Shown here: piece after piece, positions 34,549 through 47,847 of the stretch
Layout: every line of letters begins with the position of its first letter
Numbering within the stretch: the first letter of the stretch is position 1
Origin: Hydrurus foetidus
Taxonomy: Eukaryota
DNA: 64,000 bases
Direction: 5' to 3'
Assembly: GCA_900617105.1 (NCBI GenBank)
Contig: UYFQ01000068.1
Span: 1 to 64,000, forward strand
Notes under the pieces: generated by a model
What the model was told of the DNA's origin: nothing
Seen by the model: the letters and a program-made list of their open reading frames with translations, nothing else
Databases searched by the model: none
Program-made: the position numbers and the translations under genes

Positions 34549-36593
34549 CACTAACAAAATACTAAACAAAATATTAAACTTTCCTACACAACATGACAAT
34601 CACCCCACAACGCTACATAACTCAACTACCAATTACCCGACACACCCCACAATCCAACCCACATAACAGATCTTTGCAGCCCAAGCCCATTCGCAAGGAC
34701 GAAGCCATGTTGCGCAAACACCAGGGAATGACCCTCAGATACTTCAGCACTAAAAAAGACGACGAGGTACAATAGATAGTGAACATCAAATCATTTATTT
34801 TTCTTTTATCTTCTTTTTTTTCTACTGAATTGTAGTTTTCTTGATTATTATTTTTATCGTCTATTTAATACGTTGGATTTATTGCCATCTCTTGTCACGT
34901 GCTTTTATTCACTTTTTCTACTTACACCCCTTGAAATTACAGCTGATTACAAATCAAGTTAATTCAAATAGCTGCGCATTACATCCATACTTCTTAATAC
35001 TTCTTATTTACTTATTTTTTTACATCTATTCTTCTCATATTTCCTCTTATCAGTCCGAAGAAAATGCGAGGAAATTCATAATTTCAATTTATTTGGAAGA
35101 TAACAGCATTTCGATCTCCGAACCACCAGTTCGAAACTCCGGACACAAAGGTGCACACATCTCTGCTCTTTACTGCTGTGCTGTTTTTCAGTTTTACGGA
35201 AATTTATGTTGCATATTATCCCCTTGGGGATGGAGATGGAATGGTCTACTTATATCATTCACTTCCAATAGTAATTATACAGAAGTGGAATACAATTGAC
35301 AACTTACGGCACACTGTTGTACGTTATAATAGAAACTAATTGGACGGTTGAAATGATCTAAATCACAACAAAACTCTCTTCATTCCTTTCAAATTTAATA
35401 ATTAGGTGGTATATTCTTGTCCAGAAAGAGTCTCTCGGAATGTACGCACGGTACGGTCACTCCCAAGGACTTCTATGTGGACGCGATGATTGAGATGTTC
35501 TCTCACAAATTTCTTATTCACGATGCGGATGAGTATACACTGAGGTGAGGAGTGTGTATTGTGTATTATGTGTGTGTATTGTGTGTGGTGTGGTGTGGTG
35601 ACTGTGTGTGTGAGAGTGTTTCGGGGGGGAGGAGGGAGGGAGAGTGGGGAGGGGGAACGGAGAGAGAGAGGGGGGGGAATGGAGAGAGAGGGGAGGGAGA
35701 ATGAGAGAGAGGGGGAATGGAGAGAGAGAGGGAGAATGGGGGGAAAGGGGGTGGAGAGAGAGGGGAGGGAGAATGGAGAGAGGAAAGGACAGAGGGGGGG
35801 AATAGAGAGAGAGGGGGAATGGAAAGAGAGGGGAGGGGAAGGGGGAATGGAGAGCGTGGAAGAAGTTGTGCGCGTCTGTGCCTAGTTCCTTATTTTATCT
35901 TACCTATCTTATCTCACCTTATCTCATTTGACTTTGTCTCATTTCTGCTCAGCTCTCTTCATTAAATCTCACGCTACACTTTTTTCTTTCAACACTTAAC
36001 GTCTAAATACACAACCAGATATATGGGCGAAAATTCCAATATTTGGAGAAATAGTAATATCGATTCCGTAGTTGAGAAATTGAATACGAGAAAAGACACT
36101 CTGTCCCGATTGATCCTTACTCAAGGTCCCGCAGCAGCTCTTGAAGTGAAAACAGTAAATCTGGAAGAGCTTTCTGCTTTGTTGAAAAGAGCTGGTAAGT
36201 TTGTCGTAATAGCGAGTGTCGCGTCTGTTAACATATTCGGCTTTTAAAGTTTTTCAGTCGCTAACTCTTATTTTTATTTGTTTTTTTATCACCAATAAAG
36301 AATTGATGGTTGTTTTCGTTCTTCTTTCCTAAGTTCTACCTTAAAGTTTGCACACTTTCTCAGAAGACAGTCATTCTGGCTCGTCATAATTGATTTCTCG
36401 TACAGTCTCTTGAGTGTTGTATTTGCTTTTCTGCTTTTTTTGCTTTTTGTTCCTTCAATTTTTCCGTTTTTTCATCCTTCGTGTTTTAGGTGTTGCTTTA
36501 GTTAAACAAGAAATTATTGCTCTCTTCCGCGATATGGATGTGTACAAATCAGGAGCTGCAAAAGTGTCTAAAATCCTCCAATATTTGGCTTAA
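29910..36593 (+). CDS. EFHC1/EFHC2 (RIB72-like) axonemal protein, three DM10 domains + C-terminal EF-hand-like end; multi-exon
   Basis: DM10 motifs LAYFIEKVP...IFYLEDSTLEIIEP..NCGIIQG, FDRKVLRFYGMWD...YYLSDNTME and IYLEDNSISISEPPVRNSG; also PPHNGFGSEADS. The last exon ends KILQYLA*. Confidence 0.88.
33057..33188. mobile_element. foldback MITE, Tc1/mariner-like ends, in an EFHC intron
   Basis: CAGTGCC...GGCACTG termini preceded by TA; internal arms ttcgtgtttttgac / gtcaaaaacacgaa and tcaaaataac-t-gttattttga. Confidence 0.65.
34445..34556 (+). repeat. (CTAA)n microsatellite
   Basis: More than 20 tandem ctaa units in an intron. Confidence 0.95.
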
Positions 36594-37839
36594 TTTTACA
36601 CTTTTTCATCTCCATGATTATTTGAACTCTTCCGAATTATTTTTACTGTCTGATATTCCAATTTTAAGAATTTTTGTATCTTTTCTCAGTCATCAATGTA
36701 CAATGTACCTAAAATTGCAGTCAATTTACGGAGTACAATTAAGTTGGTAATAAATAGATGAAATTTGGGAGTGTTCTGATGTTTCTAGAAAAGGAGAATG
36801 TCAGACTAATTATGCATGGCATCTTTCTCTCATATCTTCTCATCGTCTTCTATTTCATTTCGCTTCATTTTGATTTTTTCCGATATTTATTTTGGCACTT
36901 TATATAGTAGAATGTAACAGGATAACGGGTATATCTGAAAGAAAAAAAGAACACCAGAATTTCAGTCTAACTATCAACCTGAGCAATCGATGGCGTATAT
37001 GTATTCCATCGAAAAGCAAACGCCATTTTTATGGTTCTGCATTCTGTTTCCCGTATTTTTAGAAGTACAGAACATCTGTAAAATAAAAAAGTCAATTCGA
37101 AATATGTCTTTTTCTTTTATTTCCGAGATGGTCATAGCTGACTCAATATTTGTACAAGAAATAATTTTGAAATTTCGATATCATATCATGTGAAACTAAA
37201 AAATTATGGAAATTTCAAAATGGTAAAATATCGCTAACTGTCGGACTATTTTAACCAGATGTCAACTCAAATGTGTGTCATGAAAATTAAATTGAGGCGT
37301 ACACATGTTCTGTCTTTACGTGAGCGAGTTTTAATAAGACAAGAAAACGTTATCTTCTTGTCACTTTTCTGGACTTTTTCTTCTTCTGACTTCACCATTA
37401 ATTCGTGTTTCCCTCCCCACTGTCTTATTTCTTTTTTTGTCGCCTAGCCCTATCTGATTCTTCCAACCTGTCCATCACCAATATTCTCGTTTCATTTGTC
37501 TCTCCATACACTGCACTATTCCATTTGATGTTATCTCACACAATTTATGTCCCCTTTTCCGTTTCTTTTCATTCTATCTCATCTCCTCATTTATCTCCTA
37601 TTCAAATTTACTTGACACCCTTCTCTTAATCGCAACCTTCCCTTTACTTAATCGAATGTTACCGCCTCTTGCCGTGTCGCCACTTATTCCTTCGTTTCAG
37701 AAGATGTCATTGTGTCATCTCATTAACATTACGCACGTACGTACCATTCTTACCGCCCTGTTCTGTCATCTCACTTGACATCACTTCACCAGATACCATT
37801 TTATTTTATTCATTTTCGTCTCTTTTCTTCCCTTCGTCT

Positions 37840-40800
37840 TTATCCTTTCAGTCCGCCGTCCTGTCCGTCCTCTTCGTTCATGCTGTCTGCGTTGATCGAC
37901 ATGTCCAACTTCTCACCTATAATAGAACATTTGATGCAAATGATTAATTTTGATGGAGATTACTAAGGAAAATTTTTCCGATATACACTCCGCTTTTAAA
38001 TTCTAGTATTTCTAGGTGCATCGAAGTAAACTGATGTTGGAAGTATATGCTATGACGTTAAATAGAGGAGAGAAATGCAGTACGTCCAGGTATAGTAAAG
38101 TGTAGAGTAGTGTAGTGTGGTATGGACTGTCATAATACAGTTTAACTTCATGCATAATTAAAACGTGAAGCACAGATTAATAAAAGCACTGTATACCTGT
38201 TATTCTCTCATATAAACTCAGCACATCATTGGCAGCCGTCTCGAAGTGAGACGTGGCATCGTAGCTCTCTGATATGAAGCATCTATCTTTCACGCCATCG
38301 GTCACAGGCTTCAGCAGCTCCGCTACAGAGTCAAATCTGTGTGGTGGAAGTACAGTGTACGTGTGTGCAAGTACGTGTGAGTACATGTGCGTGTTTAAGT
38401 AGTATACAGTGCAGGATAAAATGGCTGGAATACGGGAGATGAGAGCAGAGAAAGAGAAAAGAAAGCAGGTGGAATGATCTAATGCAATGAAAAACACTTG
38501 AGAAATAAAAATAAATCTGTGATGTAAGTAAGACAAATGAAAGAGAGAAAAAACATTTCGAGGAAGAACATTGCAAATTCATCATCAGTGACAGAGTAGC
38601 AGAATAACAGAAACAGAAACTAATACAGCTACCTACTGATAATATTTGAAGTGATGCTATCAGTGCGACAATAATAATAATAATAATGATAATAATAATA
38701 ATGATAATAATAATCATGATAATAATAATAATCATGATAATAATAATAATCATGATAATCATAATGGAAATAATGACAGTCACCTCTCAAGTATCCTCCC
38801 CAACAGAGCTAGACCAGGCTGCAGCTCGTTGATAGGGTTGGCAGTCTCGACAGTGGTGCTCACGATGGCGATGTACTTGCCTTGGGACGAGACGTTGTGT
38901 GCGTGACTCACCATGCACACGTAGATGTCGTTGCGACGCTTCACCTATTAGTGGAGTGATGTTGAGATTGAGGGAGAGAAGAGGGAGAGAAGTGGGAGAG
39001 AAGTAGGAGAATGTGTAGAAGATTTGAAATGATGATATGATGTACGATAATGATGATGACAGTAATGATTGTGGGTGGTTGCATAAAAGTAATGAGAGCA
39101 ATCACATGTAATGATTCTAATAACACATATATTTAAAACAAATAGAAGCAACAATAATCAAGAAAGTGGATTTCTCAATGGTCAGCGTCACCTCAATGAA
39201 TAAGTATGAAGGAACGATACAAAATGAGAGAATCGTGAAAAATGTCAATTCCGTTTGTACCTCAGGAAACATATACACATAATGAAAAAAAAAGTGTTTT
39301 CAGTAATGCCAAGTGAAACAGATGAGTAAGTACGGTGCAGCGTGTACGTACCTGACTGGCAGGAATGATAATTTGGACGGAGTCGGCATTGTCAGTCCCT
39401 GAAATAAAAGAATAAAAAATAAATAAATGAGAAGCTAAACATATGACAAAACAATGTCATGTAATTCGGTGCAACAAAAGAATTATGAGATAAGCATTGT
39501 GATAGGACAGTTAAAGAAGTGTAGAGAGTAGTTGTGAATAATGTGTAGAACTATACGATAAGTAATTTGGGCAACATTTTGATGAATGTACGCACACAGA
39601 TTGTCTTCGTGAATTTGTTGAATATTATCTACTTGTTTATTTAAGGAGTACGTTCTTGTTTTTGTGCACCTGCGATAGCGTGGTCTAGGAGGCATATAGA
39701 CCGTACGACCGTTCCCACCTTGTGCGTCATGGAGGGGGGGAAGTAAGATGGGTCCCCCACTATGATGGGAGCAGCGGCAACCTGAGGTGGGAGGGGAGAT
39801 GGGGGGGAGGAGGTGATGGAGGTGAGGAGAGAGGAAGGGGACAGAGGAGGTGGTATAATGAGTGAAGTGGAGATGGGGGGAGGGAGGGAGTGAGGTAGAT
39901 TTGATGAGGAGAGAGAAAATGATGAAAAATGATGATCGTAAGGCGAAGAAAAGAAGCTCTTCCGTAATGTGTTTCACTTGTGGTGAGAAAATAGAATACT
40001 GGGACTTTCTAAATTAAATTCACTATTACTTCACAAAAGCATATACACATGACTTACCTCATTTCCTGTTTTGATACCCCACGCGACTCCATCCTTGAAA
40101 AGCACTTCGTCCACTCCCTTGTTCAACATAAACGTGCCTGCAATGGATAGTTATAATAAATTCAGATTATTTATTTTGTTCGTTACTTTTTCACTTACGT
40201 TTTTATATATATATTTTTTGTTTCATAACGATAAATTTAATTTAGATAGCAATATTTCAGAGTTGCAGAAGCGACTAACAAAGTAAGCGTGCAAACTAAT
40301 TGAAACAAGTTCTGTTGAAGCGAAAATTTCAATAATGATAAAACCAGGCACACACTATAAATTTGCACACATTTTTCAGAAGTTCTTACCGCCGTTGATT
40401 GCGCACAGACGGCTGAAACCTTCCGGTAAACCGCCGAGCCCATACAAAGGATAAATATAGGGAGATTTTCCGTATCTAGAAAACCGTGTTAGAAGACGTG
40501 AAAAACGGTTATGAGAGTTTAGTACAAGAGTAGTTCAAACAAGTAGTTATGGTGTATGATACAGGTGAGTTGTTGACAAACTTAAAACAAGAGCGCGGCA
40601 TATTTGACGAGTAGTGCAGTATCAAATTAGTTCGAGAAACAAAGGAGAAAATCCCGTAATATCAGAAACCGTGATTTTGAGAGGACAAGTTTCGGAAATT
40701 GACTAATATTTGAACAGACGCGTATCACTAGTATTGTAGACATTCTCATAAACATCTCTTGAACTTGTTTAGTGCTGTTGTGTGCAAAAAAATGTTCCCG

Positions 40801-43731
40801 GTAAAAAAGATTGCCGCAATCCGGGATCGAACCAGAGACCTTAAGATCTTCAGTCTTACGCTCTCCCAACTGAGCTATTACAGCTGGTGGGGACAAAGGA
40901 GAAAATTGTTCCGATAGATTGACGGAGCACTGCACAGCAGTGTATCCGTGTACAAGAATAAACTCACCAACGCAGAGGTCTCACAGGTCAACACAGTACT
41001 GAAGTCAATTAGTGCGAGTGTTGTCAGACTGATAAAACGCATCTGACTACGTATCGCCACTCTATCTTAATTTTTCTGTTTACATCTTTCTAGATAGAGT
41101 GAGATTAATGGAGATGACAGATCGACACAGCACAACATGTACTCTTCGGCTAGTAACACAACAGTTCCCACCAAATACTACACCACACCACACGCCATCC
41201 TCTCAACTCCTCCACATCACATACTCACTGACCTCTCTAGGGAATAGACGTATAGCTGGATGGCTTCCACTGCCGCGCTGGCCGGCTGTTTGAGGTAGTC
41301 GTCATCTCTCATCAGAGCCATGGCGTGGCCTGCACGTATGTACGGACAATTGTAAGTACGGGTAACGTACAGTGAATTATGAAGTACACAAATGAAACGT
41401 CAACATACATTCGTATATAAGTGAATTAAAATAAAATACGTATGCTATGCTTAAATAATTGCAACACACGTGCATATCGTACTTACACTTATGCACATAA
41501 AAATCTTTATTACACATATACACACATCGTAATTAAAATGTTAACATTTTCTCTAATTTAGTATACAATTGTAATGAGTTTGGTATATCGGCAAAACGGC
41601 ATTCACAGCAGGGCGAGGAGAAACCTTCTGGAAAGGAAAATCGACACTCTTCGAGCTCTCCACTATCAGTGCACACATATGTCTCATGTACACATATTCG
41701 CAAACGCTTAAAATCGAAATAAAATACATATATCTTATCTTATCTTATTCTATTCTTCTTCACCTGTGAATGCTTGTGTGTTTGCATCCAGCCCGTACTC
41801 CTCATACAACTCTCTCATAGAAACCTTCGACAGAGGTTTGCCTGATGTATAGAAGAATTGTAATAAATATGATTTCTTACATAAATGTATTCAGTGACTA
41901 ATATATTAATTTTAATTAGTACCGATCATTTTTGTTTGTAAATGCTGACTCATGAACAACTGCATTAATAAGTTGGGATTGAGTAGAATTGGTCATGAGT
42001 CGCTAGATAGCACATTTACGGAGTCGGAATAAATGTGATTATTGTTGTTTGTGTGTATTGACAGCTGCAGCTGTACAGTTCACAATGAAATGTAGAGATG
42101 GCCTTCATTGGAATAATAAAAATAACGATGTTAATAAGGTGAGGTACACAATTAATACGTACTTCGAATATTAAATACATCCATACCATAAATAGTTGAA
42201 GTTGGTGTAAATTGTAATGCACAGAGTCATACCAAAACAAACACAAAAATATCTAGCAATAAAAAATCGGAATACAAGACTAGTAAAGCGAAAGCGTCAA
42301 TAAAACACCTACTGGGTGATAATAAGCCTAATTTAGTACCTTTTAAGTACGTGGATGGTTTCTCCTCATCATAAGCGGATAAAAAAATGAGAAAATTACG
42401 GAATTTTCTTTTTTCAAAAAATCCCATGAGGGATGAATTGAGTGCTTCAGCCGGGGTAGCCGGAACTTTTTGAACTTTACCGTCTTTGAAGACGTAACTT
42501 CCGTCCACGGATTTAAATTCTAAATAGCGTGTAACTTTGGAGTGTAGTAAGATTTTGACCAATTTTCCGCATGCCATGATGAACTGTTTAAAAATCGATA
42601 AATAAATGAATAAAAATAAGGTAGTGAGGGTTAAAAATCGATTAAAAGAGGAAATGCTTCATGATTTGCTGTGAGATTTATGTGCTCTTAATTGTACACA
42701 AGAATAAAAGTGCCTCACAAGACAAAGGGCTTCTAACGACATAGTGAAATCATCATAAAAAGACAAGAAAAGAGTCCTCACTATTATCGAAGAATCTTAT
42801 TTAAAAAAAGAACAGATTAAGATATGAGAAGTAAAACAAGATAAAAATAGACAGGAGAACAATATCAGATTATGTCATACCTTGGGAACTAGATCGACAT
42901 TCCAATCTCTGGAATGTCCGAGAGTATTTGGAGGCTCGCATTTACGGAACTTCTGAAAGAGATTTACAAGACTTAGTGAAGCAGTGTCGGCTCCGTAGTA
43001 GTTATTCCTGGGAAGAAGTGGGAATTGAAATCGAAATGAAATTATGTGAGTCAGGATTAATTGATAAGAATGTTCTTCAGATTATGTCTCTTGTTCCTAA
43101 CAGATTCTGAAACAACTTAAACAAATACAAATAATGGGTGTCATTTAATCTGAAAGTGTTGAGATATTTGTCTTTCGTGCTGCTGTATGCCGTGTGAAAA
43201 TGACTGTTGAAGGAATCATGCCAGATAAGATTTTTAGGTGTTTTTAAACAGGAGTTCAGGATATCACTGATCAAAACATCGAGTAGCAGAACATTTCTCG
43301 TCTCGTGTGATTGAACATGAAGAGAGTCGTTTACTATGCGCACGCGGCTATGGGACGCCATGAGATAAGCATTTCACAGTTATGTTCGAAAGATGAGTTA
43401 TGAAGGTAAATATCTGCAGTTCAAGCGACGAACGAGTAAGATCAAAGATTACGTATACATGACATTGCTGAAATCTCCTGATGAGAAACTCTTCATAATA
43501 AGTAAGCATTGTTGAGGATTCAAGAAGCAGAATCTACCTGTCCAGGTGGAGAACACGTTTCCCCTGAACAGAGAGGAGACCTGCGATCGTGCACTCAGTA
43601 AGGCCCGTTCCCATAATGATCGCGTCGTAAACTCCATCCGCAAGAGGTATGCATCCCTCAGGCAACCAGGTGTGTTCGGGCACTTCACCGCCATCTTTGC
43701 CCTCACCGTGTTTCCCTTCGTTAGCCTCCAT
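37840..43731 (-). CDS. GDI: Rab GDP-dissociation inhibitor (multi-exon)
   Basis: [13 protein letters not shown]...[87 protein letters not shown]; ends DGGLKG*. Confidence 0.95.
40812..40884 (-). tRNA. trnF-GAA: tRNA-Phe (GAA), inside a GDI intron
   Basis: GCTGTAATAGCTCAGTTGGGAGAGCGTAAGACTGAAGATCTTAAGGTCTCTGGTTCGATCCCGGATTGCGGCA: 73 nt, full cloverleaf, A/B boxes, followed by a T6 Pol III terminator. Confidence 0.97.
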
Positions 43732-44439
43732 TTCTCAGAAAACCAACTTGAACTTGATGGACGTCTCGATAAATTTACTCTCACGACCGAATCCCGAAGC
43801 GACTTTTTACAACAAGCTGTGACCTGAATGTAATGAAACTACTCACAGACTTCTACGTTACTCTAATTCAATTGAATTTCGAATTGGAAGAGATCACTTC
43901 GAGAGATGATGCGATCTATCAACGGAGACTGATCGAAATATTGAAGAACTTGGAACTTTCTCCGCCTAGGTTTGTTTCTGGAAACGAACGTACGATATTG
44001 TGTGAGACATGATATATACCGTACTTCCATACAATTCGAATTAACTGAACGTACTTACAGACAATTCGAATTAACTGTACGTTATTCTCGAACATTCCGT
44101 ATTCGTTTCGACAGATAAAGAAGTTTCTTCAGATTTAAGAGTTCTCGTTGAGGTTTCTTATTTATCATTTGTAAGAATGCTTAGTGATCAAGACTATTTA
44201 CTCTATTCAGCGGTGTGGCGGACAGGTAGACAGATTACCCCCTTTTTGGAATGATTATTTGAAATATACCAAAACACGGTGTCTGTACATGATTAAAATC
44301 ACACACTCAGAGTGTGTGCAACAAGTCTAAATAGTGTTTACATCAAACTAAGAAATTTGAATACCTGTCAAAATTCAAATTTGATGTGTCCGAGTTAAAT
44401 TTAGTATTACTATCAGCATTTAAATGGGTGAGAAACCAC

Positions 44440-46150
44440 TCAGAAACCAAATGGTTTTTTAGCGCTTTTCGTCTCGTTTTTGTCACTTGTTGGTTTAATT
44501 GGCATACTAGCATTGAATTTGCTGAAGCTTTGTTCTCTCTTTTCATCTGATCCTTCTGAAGGCTTAAATACGCCCATAGCGCTCATTCTCGCCAAACCCA
44601 TTTCTACAGCGGATTTTCCCCATGATAAACCTTCATTTTTCTCCCCTATATTAGCGAAAAGTGATATTAAGAATTTTGAAATGTTTCGAATGTTGGGATA
44701 TAGTCTAAATGAGTATTATTCTAATCTGATCATAGAAATTAGTTACTGTGACAATTTATTTTAAGCAGATAGATAGATGACTGAAAACAATCCACTGCTT
44801 TGACATGTATGAGTGTGATCATTGGTGATTTGATTGGTGTTATAGTGAGAAAAATCTGATCTGTCAATATCATTTCTTATAATTTTTTCAATAATAGCAA
44901 TTCGATTTCATAGATGCTGTGGAGAGATATCCAATCATTTCAAGTTATTTCGGAAGACTTACCGACACTTCTCACAACTGCTTGATCTTTGTTCAGAACA
45001 GTAAGAACACCAAACACACATGGAACTAAAGTATCCAATCCAACCTGAGACGATTTAAGAAGTTACAGTGTGGAGGATTTTAGATGTGGAAAATGACAGG
45101 CAATAATTGATTCTTTTCGTCATTCTTTTTATATTAAAAAGGCATAAAAATATGGATTTGTTAGTTTTAAATAGAATCGCACATAAAAGAATGAAGCGCT
45201 CTTCTGTCAAATGTTAACTTAATCAAATTAGATATTTGAGTTTTCCATACCTGCATGATTCCGTGTGCGGCAGCATCTAATGGAAGAAAAACAATTAAAA
45301 TTGCGTGAGATTGATTTTCGTATCATTCGCGAGACACCTCAAGACAGGATAATAGCATTAGCTTTGCATCCAAAGAAGGGATGCATTTCCCCTTACCTGC
45401 GATGTACTCGAAGTGCATAGTGTCGCCCTTAATTAGGCACCCAACACAAATAATGACGTCTACTCTCTTCGATGCGGCTAGAAGTTTAGCAGTGATGGGA
45501 AGCTCAAATGCACCAGGGACGTATGTGGTGAATACGTTCGAGGGCTTCACGCCACAATTTATTAGGGACTCGTTAATACCCTGCGTTCACATCGATGATA
45601 TTTATTACAGTTATTACAAAAATATGAGAAAGACTTCACAAACAATCCAGACTTGCCGTCCAACATTATACCGATCGGAATCATAATGCCAGGGACTGTT
45701 CGATATGCCAAAATTTGCAAGATATTGCAAAGTTATTACCTTGTACAATCCTGCGATGATGTCACTGTTCCATCTAGCCATGATGATTCCTACTCTAACA
45801 TCACTTCCATTGAGTGTCGTTGGGAACATGATACCCTCCTTGACTGTTGACATCTCGGAGGTTTCTCCTGGTGCATCAGTCGTTGTTGGAGGGGCCTCTG
45901 GTTCCTCTTCTTCTTCTTCATCACTCAGTATATGGTTGAATAATTCAGAAGGTGTCGAGGACACGTAGTGTGCGGAGGGGTTTGCCATCTGAACTGACAT
46001 GTCATTTGCGCGAATAATGTGTGACGATTTCAAGAATCCGTTTGACAGGGAGTTTCTCTGGCCAACTGCTGGCCCCCAAAATGAGAAGGAATCGATGACA
46101 ACCAGAATAAGAGCAGCGGCAATGACAGAAAGATGAATTTTCGACATCAT
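44440..46150 (-). CDS. ribH: 6,7-dimethyl-8-ribityllumazine synthase with bipartite (signal + transit) presequence; multi-exon
   Basis: VRVGIIMARWNSDI, VPGAFELPI, ICVGCLIKGDTMHFEYIA, VPCVFGVLT and NEGLSWGKSAVEM; N-terminal hydrophobic signal ending ...VIDS-FSF. Confidence 0.93.
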
Positions 46151-46710
46151 TGCTTAGGAGGGATGGGAAGTTGGTTGGGGTGGGTCTTTAAAGATTACTG
46201 GGCTTTTCTTCGAGGACTGATTTTGATCTAAGTGAGATTTCGTTGTGATGCAAAGTTGTTGACGGGAAGAAAATCGACACAGAGGAAGGAACAGTTTTGA
46301 GTTGACGACTCTTCCAAATGGAAGAAGCCGAATGATGACGGAGTAGGACGGGTAGAACGAAGGATTCCGGTATATCCTTGCCGCCGTAACGTGTAACCGG
46401 AAGTCTCCTCCGATACTACCGTATCACAGTTCACAGTATCTTCCGGTTGTCTTCGAATATAATGCTGCTCTCTCACGCAGCAAATCGCCAGGCACCAGGC
46501 AGTAGGCAAACGTTTCAGAAGTATTTATAGCGAGCAGAAACGTCGGTGCGTCCTCGTTGCAAAGGTCGTCTGCTGGCTCTGTATTTTTCCTTTGTAGCTT
46601 TTCCAGCCGCTGGTGAATGATTTTTTGTGAATTTTTATCTTGAGATTCACTTAGAGCTTTAACCGTTCGGCCAGTGAAATCATAGTTAGCTGTAGCAGGG
46701 ATAGTTTGCA

Positions 46711-47847
46711 ATGTCTGTGTCAGGAAAAAGAGGCGTTGGTATTCCAGTCATCTTGCTGCACGACGCTGAGGGTGGCATAGTCACGATAGAACTCAAGAAT
46801 GGATACACTTATAGAGGAATACTAGATGAAGCTCAGGATAATATGAATTGCACGATGAAGGTGACTTCAATGCAAACTGCTGACCTGATATATGGCCTAA
46901 TTCAATGCTTGTACTGGTCTCTTACCGCTTTAGTTACTTTTTGCTGATCAACTCTGCATGCAATGGGTCAGCGATTCTCGTTAAGCTCTGTCGTCCTCAC
47001 TGTATGAATCAGTTCACGAATAACAATTGCGCGAGTCCGATTCAACTGATCATATTATCGTCGGCAGAACTTATCTCGCTAGACCGAAATCGTTTCATTC
47101 CTTTTAAAAGACCACGCTTGCAGAGTTACAATACATTCTATTTGCTAGCGCTGTCTTCTCATATCATCATTAATTTTCTAGGAATGTATGAGGATTGACC
47201 TGGTTGGAAATGAAGCAAAAGTCGATGTTGCATATATAAGGGGTTCTCAGATAAAATTTGTTATTCTGCCGGATATGTTACAGAATGCTCCATTTTTTAA
47301 TCGAATTAAGATGTGGCGCAAATTTAAGGGTCATGCCGTATTTGGCAGTGGATTAGTAGCGGGCCCGGCCAGAGGACAATCAGCAGCAATAATACAGAAA
47401 TCTCAACAAAGAAGAATGGAAGTAGAGGGAGGTGGTAGAGGTGGTGGGTTTGGAGGAAGGGGAGATATGGGAGGAGGGAGAGGGGATGGGGGTAGGGGGT
47501 CGGGGGGGTACCAAGGCCCGGGAGGGTCCGGTGGTTTTCAGGGACCAGGGGGTGGATTTCAAAATCAAAATCAAGGAGGATACCAAGGCAATTCTGGCGG
47601 GTTTCAACAGCAAGGTGGATATGGAGGAGGAGGAGGAGGAGGGGGTGGGGCGCCAAATGGGGGTGGATACATGGGAGGAGGAGGTAGAGGGGATTTTGGG
47701 GGGAGGGGAAATATGGGGGGTAGAGGGGGGTATCAACCGGGCGGGCCTCCCCACCATCAGGGTGGCTTTCAACCTCAGGGTCAAGGTCAAGGTCAAGGGG
47801 GTCCTCCGTATGGTGGAGGAAATAATGGCTATAATAGATCGTATTAG
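46711..47847 (+). CDS. SNRPD3: small nuclear ribonucleoprotein Sm D3 (intron 46861-47181), long Gly/RGG tail
   Basis: GIPVILLHDAEGGIVTIELKNGYTYRGILDEAQDNMNC / YIRGSQIKFVILPDMLQNAPFF is the SmD3 signature. Confidence 0.92.

Noticed and set aside
35559..35965. Gly/Glu/Arg-rich ORFs
   Set aside because: They are translations of a purine-rich low-complexity intron of the EFHC gene.
44031..44083. 30-bp-period direct repeat (acaattcgaattaactg) upstream of GDI
   Set aside because: Only two copies; most simply a local tandem duplication.
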